Of a stretch of 64,000 nucleotides of DNA, positions 39,101 to 50,873 are shown one piece after another. The position numbers and the translations under genes are program-made. The stretch's first letter is position 1. The number at the start of each line of letters is the position of its first letter. Origin of the DNA: Tubulanus polymorphus (lineage: Eukaryota > Animalia > Nemertea); assembly GCF_964204645.1 (NCBI RefSeq), contig NC_134027.1:26436560-26500559 (forward strand). Direction: 5' to 3'. Under the pieces are notes generated by a model. That model had not been told where the DNA came from and searched no databases. It saw only the letters and a list, made by a program, of their open reading frames with translations.

Positions 39101-42100
39101 GACGCAGTAGTCTCTCCCTGTGTGAAGGTTTTGTAGGTAGTTTACTGTAGTTTAATTACCTTGGCTGTTGTTTCGTACGTATGTTTATCATCTTGTAAAG
39201 CTACTAATTCTTGTCGTAAGTTATCTTCGGTTTGGTTCTGAAAATAAACGCACGAATTCGCGGTATTATACAACAACAATAGCGTCAGTTACCGGTATTT
39301 GAATATTCACAGATATTTAGATCCGATTACGTGTGAACGTACGTCAGCTTTTATGTCTTACCTTTGCATAAACTTGCAGTTGACTTTCTAACACCTCTAA
39401 CCGTGACAAGAGCCGATCTTCATCTATTAAAGCCTACAATTACAGAGATGATAGCTTCGATAATCATAGGGGGAGGTGACTGAATGAACTGGAATCCTGA
39501 CCGAACTAAGGCACTTCCAGAACTGTGGAACTGGATCCAGAACAGAACTGTGGAACCGTGTCCTGAACTGTAGCACTAGTATCCAGACTAATTTAATTCA
39601 TGCAATCTAGGTCCAGAACTGTGGAACCGAGTTCAGAACTGTGGAACTGGATCCAGAACTGTGGAACTGAGTCCAGAACTGTGGAACTGGTATCCAGACT
39701 ATATCAATTCATGTAATCCAGGTCCAGAACTGGATCCAGAACTGCGGAACTGAGTCCAGAACTTGTGGCACTAGTACCCAGACAAAATCAATTCATGCAA
39801 TCCTGGGATCCAGAACTGTGGAACTGGATTGAGATGATAATTGCTGTTTTTAATCTATTACCTGCCAACCTGTCTCCGACGCTTCCTGAGTATTTTGAAC
39901 AAGGCGTTGTAACATTGCTAATTTACTTTCTAACATTTGTTCCCTGTGTAGGGCCTCCTAAAAATCAAAACGTAACAGCTATCAATAAACTGATCGTCGC
40001 ATCTTTTAGATACACAAAGCAAACAAAAATTTTTTTCAAAAATTCATGGTGAATGGAGAAACAGAAGAGATGTGTGTACATACAACACATAAGAGGGTTA
40101 CGGGGGTGTCGCTGGGATCATGTTAGTAGCAGCTATGTCAATGATTATCTCATTTCATGTAATACTATCGGCAATATTGCGCAGTAAATCTAAATTCAAT
40201 ATACCGCAACGTTGCGCTAACTCAAGACATCATCTCAAGTTCAATGTAATCAAAGATTCCAATATTTGTAATATTATCATCGTAAGAGAAATGGGAATAT
40301 TTGAGTTGTACAGTAACGACTGCGTGAATACAGCACCACTAATCATCATACGGTTTACAGCAATTTCAGATTATAGGCTACGGTTATTCGTATGGAAGTC
40401 TCACCTGTAGATATTGAGCTAACTGGTAAAGTTCCTGAGAATATGCCCCTATACTTGGACCCGTGCCCGAAAATGTCCCGTTCTGAAAGCTGAAATTAAA
40501 ACCAACAGATATTCTTCGTTATAATCCGCTCTAACTGCTTACATGAAATAATTATGTAATTCTTCAGTTTAGGGAATCCTAAATTACCACATATTTCCAC
40601 AATATTCCCTGACCCTCGACCAAAAATCCCCTGATTCATCCATAAGAGTCATGTGGTTCTTGTACCACTCATTACCAACAAGAACAACCAGACCCCAAAT
40701 ATTCAAATTCCCTGATTTTCCCCGACCTGTAGGATGATTGTTAATATAAGAATATCTACCTAGGTTTAGCTTCTCTGCCATCAGGGTGGAACAATGTTAT
40801 CGAAGCTATTATACAACCATGAGTTACTGAAAATATAAAATTGAACAACTATTAAAATATCCATCAATTACAGCAGCAGCAGCAGCAGCAGCCAGTAACC
40901 AGCCCAAATCCCAGCAGCAGCCAGTAACCCACCCAAATCCCAGCAGCAGCCAGTAACCCACCCAAATCCCAGCAGCAGCCAGTAACCCACCCAAATCCCA
41001 GCAGCAGCCAGTAACCCACCCAAATCCCAGCAGCAGCCAGTAACCCACCCAAATCCCAGCAGCAGCCAGTAACCCACCCAAATCCCAGCAGCAGCCAGTA
41101 ACCCACCCAAATCCTGCGTCTACAACAGCATCAGCCAGTTACCCGCCCAAATCCCAGCATCAGCCAGTAACCCACCCAAATCCCAGCAACAGCCAGTAAC
41201 ACGCCCAAATCCTGCGTCTACAACAGCAGCCAGTTACCCGCCCAAATCCCAGCATCAGCCAGTAACTGCCCAAATCCTGCATCTACAACAGCAGCCAGTA
41301 ACTGCCCAAATCCCAGCATCAGCCAGTAACTGCCCAAATCCCAGCATCAGCCAGTAACCCGCCCAAATCCCAGCATCAGCCAGTAACCCGCCCAAATCCT
41401 GCATCTACAACAGCATCAGCCAGTAACCCACCCAAATCCTGCGTCTACAACAGCATCAGCCAGTAACCCGCCCAAATCCCAGCAACAGCCAGAAACCGGC
41501 CCAAATCCTGCAGCTACAACAGCAGCCAGTTACCCGCCCAAATCCCAGCATCAGCCAGTAACCCACCCAAATCCCAGCAACAGCCAGTAACCCCCCCAAA
41601 TCCTGCATTCATTATCGTACGAATCATCCATCATAATCAATGATAAAACCTCAAACTCAAATCCTGTGAAGAGGAGATTAAACATGATTTGTGACCAGGT
41701 TTTCATCAGTTCTTCGTCCGTTACATACAGCGTGTTACTTTCTTTTATACTTAATAAACAGAAAGTGTTAATCTGAGCAGGTGATCCATTAAAAAAACCA
41801 GAGAAACAACTAACGAAAAACTTACATCTTACTGATAATGCGAATCTGACCGAGTGAGAGAGTGAGAGAGAGAGTGAGAGAGAGATTAAGAGTTGATCGA
41901 GATCTGTGGCTACGAAAGTGGTTTAACTTATAGTATAAAATAACACGATAAAACAGTGATTCATTGATCACCTGTGAACACCTGTACCTCTATGGTACCG
42001 ATACCGGGTGAGCTTGAGCTGCCGTGAGTAAACATTCAACAGCGATTTTTATAGCCCTATTCAGATATTTTTAACATCGAGAATATCTCGCAGGCAACTG

Positions 42101-45100
42101 AGCTAATGTTTAACGAATGCAGCGCGAATGAACAACTCAAACTGGAAAAACACAGAACTTCCTCTTTAGAAACCCAATGATGAATCAGTTATAACAGAAC
42201 TATATTATAGAACGATATCCACACTCAAACGTGGTGAACGGATAATAAGATAAAATCCCACTATCTACAGATTAAAAGAATTAAAAATCAGAATTTATTT
42301 ATTCAATCTAAAATATATAGAATACACGACCTTTCGATCTCACCCTAGAGATCATTGTCAGGTGTGACGATGATCTCTAGGGTGATGATGATGATCACAC
42401 CTGACGATGATTTCTAGGGTGAGATCGAAACGTCGTGTCTTTTATATATTTTAGATTGAATAAATAAATTCTGATTTTTAATTCTTTTAATCTGTAAATA
42501 GTGGGATTTTATCTTATTGTAACAGCCATGTTCGCATGCGCTGGGTCAAACTGGCCCGCATCAGACCTACGCCTAATTTGACCTGCGCTTAATTAGAGAA
42601 TGCGTTCACAGATAAATCATTCACTCATTACTAAAACTACGCTGAGGTGAATCACTCCCAGAACTAGTTAGCATTGACATGGGATCATTTGACCGAGGCT
42701 AAAATTTGGCACTGGTCGGACTTTTTGGTCCTAAGGCGACCGATTTGGCACCAGCGTGTGAACAGTTGGTCCAGAGAGGTTAACCCTTTCAGCGCTGACT
42801 AGCATTAACTAGTACCCTATAGTGCTAGAGATAATTTGAAAATTTTAAAAAAATTCCACCCTAGTGTGTTGAATAACGAGAATACCACTATAGTGCGTCT
42901 ACACCGCGGCGCGGTGTATCGGTATTTCACTATGTTTGACAGGTGCTGCCATTTTTCAAGAGAGATAATTACTAATTACTAATTACATCAATACATCGCA
43001 GTGCGGTGTACTAGCGAAATCCATCACTGATTTATGCACTGAATGGGTTAAACAGGCACAGGTTCGTATATAATTACTAATTACTAATTACATCAATACA
43101 TCGCAGTGCGGTGTACTAGCGAAATCCATCACTGATTTATGCACTGAAAGGGTTAAACAGGCACAGATTCGTGTGATTGCGTTATCCATTGACTAATAGT
43201 ACAGCTGAGGACGAGGGAGGATGAATCAGTTCATATAAAACCAGGAAAAGGAAATCAAATAATCGTCTGACGCAATTGACCTGATAATAAACAGCAGACA
43301 GTGTAGATAGAGGTTCCTGATTATAATATGAAAATATTTCATATAATACGATTAACTATTTAATCAAAAACGAAGCTGAACCCGAATGATACAAATCAGA
43401 TACAGTTTCTGCGATAGTCGAGTACTGAGCGGTGGTGGATAAGAAAAGAAGATGAAGATGAAAGATTGCAGCGTATCCCTGCTTCATCCACTTACAGCTA
43501 CATGAAGATGTACGAGGAGTTATTACGATATTCCCAGGGGTGAGGAACAGCAGATGATCTGAGTCGATCGGAGGATTTTCACATATTTCGCGTTCACACA
43601 AGAGAACTATTCAAAGATTTAACGAATCAAACCGCCACCGATCAAAACCCACGCTCAACGTCTGAACTTTCGATCTAATAAAAAATTATTCATAAATCCT
43701 ATAAATTCATAAATAAAAGGATGATCATCATAAAGTATTTGGTCATAGGCCAGTTGATAAAAAGTTGTTTAGAGTTAACCGGTGGATAGTTGACATAGTG
43801 ACAATTGAAAGTCCATCGTTACTACGGTATTTATCCGCCGGTTTATATCTTTAACCAACTTTTCAGCAACCGCAGTCCCTGTTCGGTACAGTAACACGAG
43901 CAGAACCGTGTCTATACTGGCAGAAAATCATTTTCCCGAGTGCTGACTACCTTTAACAACGGTTTGTAATATATGAACCATTTACCCACTACAGTCACAA
44001 TACACGCAGTTCAGTAAACCACGTTATAATAAATATGTAAAACCATCAATTTCAATACTCGAAACTAGAACTTTTAAAAAATAGATTCTATACATTTTAT
44101 AGTTAAATGTATGTAAATTGACTGAAATCTGATTTGCCACTTAACGACACTTCAACACTCAGGCAACGAATTGCGAGTACTTAAATATCTAAAAGGTGCT
44201 TCACAATATCCTTTTCTTTACGGAGAAAACGGCAGTTAAAATTGTAGGCTTAGAAACTTAGCACGCACCAATTCAATACCTACAAAATTACAGTTATTAT
44301 GTAGGTATTTTGAGGGTCAAGGGTTAAAACTCAGAATTTGAGGGATTTCGCACCCTCACAAATGGATTTTGGAATTCGAGGGGTTTTTGAGGGATTTGAG
44401 GGGCTGGAGGAACCATGTTATAGGCCTATGTATAATTTACTGAATTGTTTTTAGACCAGGTCAGGGTTTTAACTCTTATCTAATAATCATAAGATTATAA
44501 ACCTTACGAGCTTCATCTACGCGAAAACATGAAAAAAACTTCAACAACTTTTTAATCAACTCCTGCTAAAAATGAACAGAAATTCCTGCTAACTGACCAT
44601 ATCATGAAGGTATATTTCTGCGTGACCTAGCTAACTGTATCAACTCAATAAACATCTGTATTACCGGTAGATCTGTGTTAATGCCGCTATTTATGCATTA
44701 CATGTTTTCAAGGCTAAGTTTTATCAGGTGGCAAAAAAATGTCCGCCATTAACACAGCTCAATAAATAAACTAATTTCAAACCGCATTTCTTCAACCGCA
44801 ATAATCAAAACAGAAGTATTCCCGAACTTTTCACGTTTCGACTAATAGTCATAATGACTATTAGGATATAATCGAAATGTCAAATACAATATCAGTCCAG
44901 ACTGAATCTGATATCTCTAAATGTCGTAGTTCTTATGAAAGGTGATAATAATTTGACATTAGAAATATATGTTAAATTGAAAATAGACTAGAAATTATTC
45001 GGATTTTGAGGGTATCTTTGGAAGTAGGCTAGTCAAGTTCTTAAAAGGAGTAGATACTACTCTCAAATAGTAGTTGCAGTCAGGTCTGCAATATCAGTTC

Positions 45101-46741
45101 AAGGAAACTTTTCGGTTTGACTTTTCCTCGGTATTGTGGGATTTAATAAATCACGGACTCCTAAACCCAGTTCCACAGTTGTGAGTAAGAGTTAACTGCG
45201 TTAAAGTTAGTTCATTTTCAATGAGTTAACTCAGAGTCAAATCTTAACTCGGAACTGTGGAACTGGACCCTAGTGTTTCATCAATATTATAGGCCTCTAA
45301 TCAACCTGCATCGTGGCTCGCACACGGCCACATTCATTCTCCTCTATTTAAAGTGATCTACCTTGAACAATCAGTACAGGACCGTTCTGATTTCACCCCT
45401 AGACTAATATAAGTGATTCTGTACTTCGATTTCAAAAAAAAAAATTCTGTTAACTCGACCGCCGATCACACAACTATATTTGTACTTCGATTTCCGATTT
45501 CAAAATCAAACCCCGTTTCGCTCCCGGCAGGTGTGGTGGGTCTGTATGGGACACTCAATCAAAAAATCAAACGAAATTTACCAGCCAAATAAATAACAGG
45601 GAAAATCCCTATTTCATGATCAAAAACAAAAATATAAGTGATTCTTACCTCGTCTGGAGTTTTCCATCACATCGACACCGAATTGTATAATATCTCCGGA
45701 ATAGATTTCTCGAGGCGTACTCTCCTCACATCCCTTACTCAGTCGGAGATTGTTTATAAATGTACCATTGCTGCTCTTCGTATCTTGAAGGTAAAACTGG
45801 AAATTACAGAAAAAAAAACAGATTGATATAAAACTGATTGTTGAAGCAGCAGCAGCAGCAGCAGCAGCAAGAATCAGCGATGAAAACGGCCCATATTGAA
45901 AAAGTCGGAAAATATTTTCAAAAAAAAGAATTTTTTGGGAAAACAAAAATCAGTAACTTTTAGCCAAGAAACCTACTTCCTTTTGGTCAAAATATTAATA
46001 GTTTCGGGACTGAATTAGAGCCGCTTTTTGAATGAGACGCCATATTGGTTTCTCTGACTCCACAGTTGTGCTAACAACTGCCGAAAACCGTCTTAAGGAG
46101 CACTCCTAACTACGGAGTGCTACGATGTGATGCCCGCGATTCAGGTGATTAAAGCGATTGAGGTGATTTACACTGTTCTCAGGAATAAAGAAAATGTTAG
46201 AAAAGGTCGGAAATCCGTCTATGGTCGGAAGATTTTCATCCCTGCGTTCTATTAAATTTGCACAATCCTGTAGAGAGAATCCCACAATGATGATAAAAAG
46301 TCCGAAAAAGAAACTTCGAGACTTTTAGATAGTAGTTTATTTCAACGTTTCGACTTTATCCTAATAGTCATCTTCAGGAATAATGAATCTTATTCCTGAA
46401 GATGACTATTAGGATATAGTTGAAACATTGAAATAAACTACTATCTAAAAGTTACATTTTTGGACTTTTTCGTTATAATTGTGGGATTCTCTCTACAATT
46501 ACTGACACTGATTCATGATTTTCAAGTTTGATGCGGAGAACGCTAGACTTACCGTCCCATTTTCATACCAGATCAACGCGTGATTCCTCGACAGGACTTT
46601 ACAGTCGAATATCGCGTTATTAGCGGCGGGTCGAGCTCTCGCGACCGATCGTCCCACTTTAACCGGTTCGTGCAATAAAACATGTCGTTCTTTAAACGGG
46701 TGCGAGTTCGGCCGACATGTAAATATGGCCAGCGCTGCCAT
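27183..46741 (-). CDS. SLMAP: Sarcolemmal membrane-associated protein (STRIPAK subunit): FHA domain, long coiled coil, C-terminal tail anchor, about 856 aa
   Basis: [46 protein letters not shown] is the SLMAP FHA domain. In-frame exons: 46553-46741, 45649-45796, 40760-40826, 40405-40489, 39862-39957, 39362-39433, 39160-39237, 37038-37100, 36764-36901, 36266-36434, 35973-36110, 35638-35679, 35129-35191, 33755-33820, 32805-32867, 32405-32578, 31320-31487, 30696-30758, 30373-30435, 29711-29773, 29540-29629, 29362-29434, 28228-28387, 27906-28040, 27183-27287. The last encodes the TM segment [22 protein letters not shown]. Confidence 0.93.
29041..29177. mobile_element. PIF/Harbinger-type palindromic MITE, nested in a hAT-like element (about 28820-29196)
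   Basis: CAG|GGGCCGGTT...AACTGGCCC|CAG, a 3-bp CWG TSD. Confidence 0.78.
29931..30351. mobile_element. Tc1-type MITE enclosing a direct duplication of about 97 bp and a foldback element (30153-30297)
   Basis: CAATAGACTCCGCT...AGCGGAGTCTACTG termini; inner inverted repeat CCTACT..AACCTGATGACAT / ATGTCTTCAGGTT..AGTAGG. Confidence 0.6.
33919..34544. mobile_element. Tc1/pogo-type MITE containing an expanded 18-20-bp tandem array (about 33950-34425)
   Basis: TA|CAATAGATTC...GAATCTACTG; internal unit TTTAACTCAGAGATA(TCTG/ACCG) repeated about 25 times. Confidence 0.68.
38905..39042. mobile_element. Harbinger-type MITE, same family as 29041-29177
   Basis: CAG|GGGCCGGTTGCAC...GTGCAACTGGCCC|CTG; near-identical body. 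Confidence 0.78.
39517..39829. repeat. Tandem repeat of about 20 bp (CCAGAACTGTGGAACTGGAT)
   Basis: Degenerate array of about 12 units. Confidence 0.8.
40871..41606. repeat. 29-bp minisatellite starting from a (CAG)n run
   Basis: AGCCAGTAACCCACCCAAATCCCAGCAGC, about 23 units; homogeneous on the left, degenerate on the right. Confidence 0.93.
42244..42518. mobile_element. Foldback (near-perfect inverted repeat) element with a hammerhead motif in each arm; probable Penelope-like terminus
   Basis: Arms of about 120 bp: AATAAGATAAAATCCCACTAT... and ...ATAGTGGGATTTTATCTTATT. Confidence 0.75.
42397..42438 (+). ncRNA. Minimal type I hammerhead ribozyme motif (Penelope-like element type)
   Basis: ACAC-CUGACGA-U-GAUUUC(uagggu)GAGAUC-GAAAC-GUC-GUGU. 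Both conserved core boxes are present, with a 6-bp helix II, a 4-bp helix I (ACAC/GUGU), a palindromic ACGU helix III and a GUC cleavage triplet. Confidence 0.65.
42784..43152. mobile_element. piggyBac-type MITE with a tandemly duplicated 3' end
   Basis: TTAA at 42780. The right terminus occurs twice (43047 and 43152) because of a 105-bp duplication. Confidence 0.82.
46269..46497. mobile_element. Foldback element with hammerhead motifs, second subfamily
   Basis: TGTAGAGAGAATCCCACAAT...ATTGTGGGATTCTCTCTACA. Related fragments at about 6090-6116, 31160-31212, 31700-31822, 44832-44880, 50474-50505 and 62240-62265. Confidence 0.75.
46341..46380 (-). ncRNA. Minimal type I hammerhead ribozyme motif
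   Basis: Minus strand reads UUC-CUGAAGA-U-GACU(10 nt)AGUC-GAAAC-GUU-GAA: core boxes, palindromic ACGU, GUU triplet, helix I UUC/GAA. Confidence 0.6.
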
Positions 46742-47019
46742 AGTGTCGACTGGCACCATCCAGTAGTACGATACCGATAGGCAATTAACGTATTCGCGGG
46801 CACCTGTCAATCAACCAACTGTCAATCAAACTACCGTCAATCGATCATTATTTCTCTCATTTTTATCGACGTAATAAAATCCGGTTCTACAAAACGCGTA
46901 ACAATCCTGAAATAGAAGAAACGCAAGAATAATTTAATCATTCAATCAGTGTGACCTACTCACAAATCTTACACATATAACGCTTATAATTGTATAACTG
47001 ACTCCACCCGGTCCCGGAA

Positions 47020-47327
47020 GTGGTTGTATCGACAGTGATCTAGACTCTCTACAATCCTAGCGCTCGCCGATGCTGATACGTGTCCTCGGGCAAGACACTT
47101 ATCCTCATTGCCTCTCTCCTCCCAGTAAATGGATACCTGGCCTGATAGATGACTCCCGAGCGCTTGTTAGCAGCTCGGTGTTACTTCTCCCCAGGGAGAG
47201 ATGACTGATACATGTTAGAGTATAAAATTGGTCGTGGTAATAATACCGAAAAATGTAAAAGCGCTCTGAGCAGCCTTGCTGGATTTAGCGCAATATAGGC
47301 CTAAGACACATATTATTATTATTATTA
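47020..47327 (+). mobile_element. Degenerate CORE-like SINE with an L2-type 3' tail
   Basis: GTGTCCTCGGGCAAGACACTT..TTGCCTCTCTCC..TAAATGGATACC resembles the CORE domain. The tail is GTAAAAGCGCTCTGAG..(TAT)n. Confidence 0.6.
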
Positions 47328-48541
47328 ATTTCAAACTGCTTCTTACTTAGAAATTGCGATTAAAATACATTCTAATCAGACTGGTAATTTTATTATCAAG
47401 GTTCTTAATGAAATGCTCAGCAGCTCTGAGACTGAGGATGTCTCTTACATCCTTACCCCCTCCTACCAGCAGGGGTTCCGGAGAGTTGAGCAGAACCCTG
47501 CATATTCCCAGCCCCACCCTACACCAATAAATGATGCATAAATCACTGCTTCTTAAAAAGTCAATCCGAGGCAAAAATGAATATACTTTTTTTAGTAGCC
47601 AGCTTTTAAGATTAAAAAATCATAGCCTATTTATTTTGTTTGATGGTTATGCAGTCGTTCATACATCATGTGACATGTAGGCATCGAGCCAAGAGAGAGG
47701 ACACAAATACGCTAATGTCTGAATCAAAGTCTATTGAATATAGATGTGTGAATCCACAGAAATGGTATTGAACTGTCACTTTTTTCCAGTTTGAGTTTTG
47801 CTGTAATTTATCAGTAGTATTTTTAGGCCTATTTTTACCGGTTTTAGACGAAATAAACAACATCAACGAATACTCAAAAACATCATAAATTATAAGCGTT
47901 AAACAGATCAAGCACCGGTTCAAAGATACATCATTCAAATAATAACTAACGAGTAATTACTCAATTCGAGGAACACTGATTGTAAACCGTATCGAGTTTG
48001 TGGTCAGCCATGTTGAATAGTTCGCAATCGATAAAAATGCTAATATTGAGCCAGAAACGACGATTATGTGTTATGGATATATAACATTTACTGGATTCAA
48101 AAATTACTAGTAAAATTAAGATTTATGATTATTCACATAGAATCTTCAGATAGTTTTGCTAATTAAGTTTTTATTCAGTAATTCGACGTTTCGATATAAA
48201 ATAGCATAAAACGAGGACTAACAGATTTGGACGCATGGATCGGACATAGTTGCAATTATACACCAGTTTGCGGTGTCGGAAAACTGTCGACTATGAGTAT
48301 ATATTCACTGGTGGCAATTTGATCAAGCCGAGACAATTTGTTGAAATCAAGAAATACAGGTCATTGTAAAATCTTAAGGTAGCTTTCATTTCTTGGTTTT
48401 CTGACAGCGAAATTCCTAATCGGTGCCTGTTAAATCAGGCCGCCCCCGTTTACTCTACCGAACGGAAAAAAGTACATCTGTGTCAATAGGTCACCTTATG
48501 CACTGTGTAATATGTAAGCCAGTAGATGACTATCCGTCAAA

Positions 48542-49656
48542 ATGAACCCAAACGCTGAATTTTACTCAAGTAATAACGATTTTCAACAAACTGTTGCTTC
48601 AAATACTTTATCATCGATAGAATTTCAGCAGAATAGTTACAGGAATGTATTGGATATAGGCTGCGGTAGTGGAGAGGTCACTAATATATTACTGAATCAT
48701 ATCAACAATGTTGAAAATCTTATTGCTTTTGATAAGGTAACAATGCATTTGAAATTTGCAGAGTCGCTGTAAATTGAGATATTAATATAAAACAGACGTT
48801 AAAAGTCTTTGAATCTACATGTTATAATATTATTTCAGTATGAATCAATGGTTGAATTCGCTCGGGCAAAAAATCCGAATCCTAAAATTGAATATCTAGT
48901 CGCAGATGTGACCAAACCCGACTCATTCAGACCGGAATGGCGGCAGAAGTTTGATTTGATAACATCATTTTTTGTCCTACACTGGACTCCGAATCAGTAC
49001 TCGAATTTAGAAAATTTAAGATCTCTACTTTCCCCTAATGGTGAAGTCATCATTACAATTCCATTTCCCCGAGAGGCATTTCTACGTCTAATTGAAGTGG
49101 AAGATTTGGCCAAGTGGTCTCCTTACTTTCAGGTAAGAAATTAAAGATTCGTGAGTCTGAGTTTCGAAGCAGATGAGATTTTTAGAATTGGTTTCGGTTA
49201 TAAAGAATGGGGGTCTTATTTCAAATGATTTACATCCGAGTTGATGGACAATCTGAGTTGGGAAGAATTCAGTGAATGGAGATTCCCTGATGTAGTTACC
49301 GGATATCGACGAATGGCTGAATCATTAGGGTTTACTGTTAAGCGATGTACTGTCAGTTTGACTGATTATGTCTTCCCTGATCCTCAATCTGCTAAAGGTG
49401 AAAACCTGATTATAATTCGAATCGACCCTCATTCATTGAACAGTATAATTGTTATAAATGTGGTATTCATTGATTTTCAGGAATGATAAGCTCGATTTTG
49501 CCACATTCGCAACGAATTCCAGATTCTAAATTACAAGAATTTATGGATGATGTTCTTGCAATGTATTTAGAACGTTGTCCGATGGATGAAAATGGAAAAA
49601 TACATTTAATGGAGGACACACTAGTTGTGCATCTTGAAAATAAGCAGAAACAGTAA
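48542..49656 (+). CDS. JHAMT-like class I SAM methyltransferase, copy A (inverted; ancestral intron-2 acceptor lost, possibly a pseudogene)
   Basis: Exons 48542-48736, 48839-49132, about 49241-49397, 49481-49656. Motifs VLDIGCGSG and FDLITSFFVLHW; N-terminal YxxNNxxQ as in insect JHAMTs. Confidence 0.8.
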
Positions 49657-50873
49657 AACAATCTAAACAAAACAATTGTTACATCATGGAATTCAATAGA
49701 TATCAAATAAAAGCTAAATTCAGCTGAATTATGTTTAGTTTATTTTATTCATTGTATGCATTACGGATTAAAAGACGGTTGTTTCCGACGCTCTCAAGGA
49801 TCCGGAGTTTTTTCGCATTGTTCTATGACGAACCTTCAGCTACGCACAACATGTATGTAACGCGCTCACACTATCGCTAGTTAGTCCGTTAGTCCGTTCT
49901 TATTTGGCCCGTACCTGAAAACGAACCAAACGAGACCTGGGCCTTCACGCGTTTTTAAATCGTAGGTTATCACCAGCTATGTACATGTAGATTCATCACT
50001 ATGATTAGGGAAAGTTCATATTCGTGAACAGAGAAATGATTCATAATCAGATTTAGAACTGACCAGGATATGGTCAGACTAAATTTGGTGGCCCGAAATG
50101 TAACGAACTAGAAAGGACTTTTTGCAAGTATTATCGCTTGTTCCGTTCTAAGTACTATCGTCCTCGAAGATAATTCCGACTGTGGCATGTGAATGGTAAA
50201 TTTTCACGGACCATAAAGGATTATATGGTGGATTCAATCACGCAAATCACCGGTCAACTTCCGTTCTATTTACACAATCACAACCTACACTGATGAAATC
50301 GGCTGGATTTTTATTCGCTGTGAAATGGTATCGTATACACTTAAACAATTCTATATCTTAATATACTGATGAAACACGCCGAGTCCGGTTGTTGTAAAAA
50401 TAGTATAAGATAGTCCCACATTCAGAAAAGACAAACGAGTCCGACCAAGGTCTCCGATTAGTAAACGATTCATTTTTCGACTCTATCAGAATAGTCATCT
50501 TCAAGGATACCGAACTTCAGGATTTCCATAGATTACACGATGACACCTTCATTCTCAGAGATTATTCGGCCCAGAAGGGGGAGGGGCGGTATCCTGTATT
50601 TCATGAATGTTGAATATTAATTACTGTTTCTCTGTAAATGAGATTTAGATAAATCTCCAAACTCAGAATATGAATCTTGAGATATCATCAATTGCGGGAT
50701 TTTCAGTACACTGAGAATGCATCAGTTTATTTCAAGATGATCATCAATCTCATTAGCAATTTCCTGTTTCTCAATATCTCGGTCAATATGGAAAAGTGAT
50801 TAATCATTGTTTCCAAAACGGAATTTTTAACTTCTGCCTAACAGGACGATTTTCTTCATTTTTCAGACCCAAA

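Noticed and set aside
40824-41110. Hydrophobic Trp/Gly/Cys repeat ORFs
   Set aside because: These are translations of the 29-bp minisatellite in all three frames.
41826-41885. CT-rich tract with splice-like signals as an SLMAP microexon or alternative first exon
   Set aside because: Candidate lengths (13 or 20 nt) break the frame within the FHA domain and no in-frame ATG was found.
49226-49228. In-frame TGA as selenocysteine in methyltransferase copy A
   Set aside because: It aligns to Gly rather than Cys, coincides with a destroyed acceptor, and no SECIS is evident.
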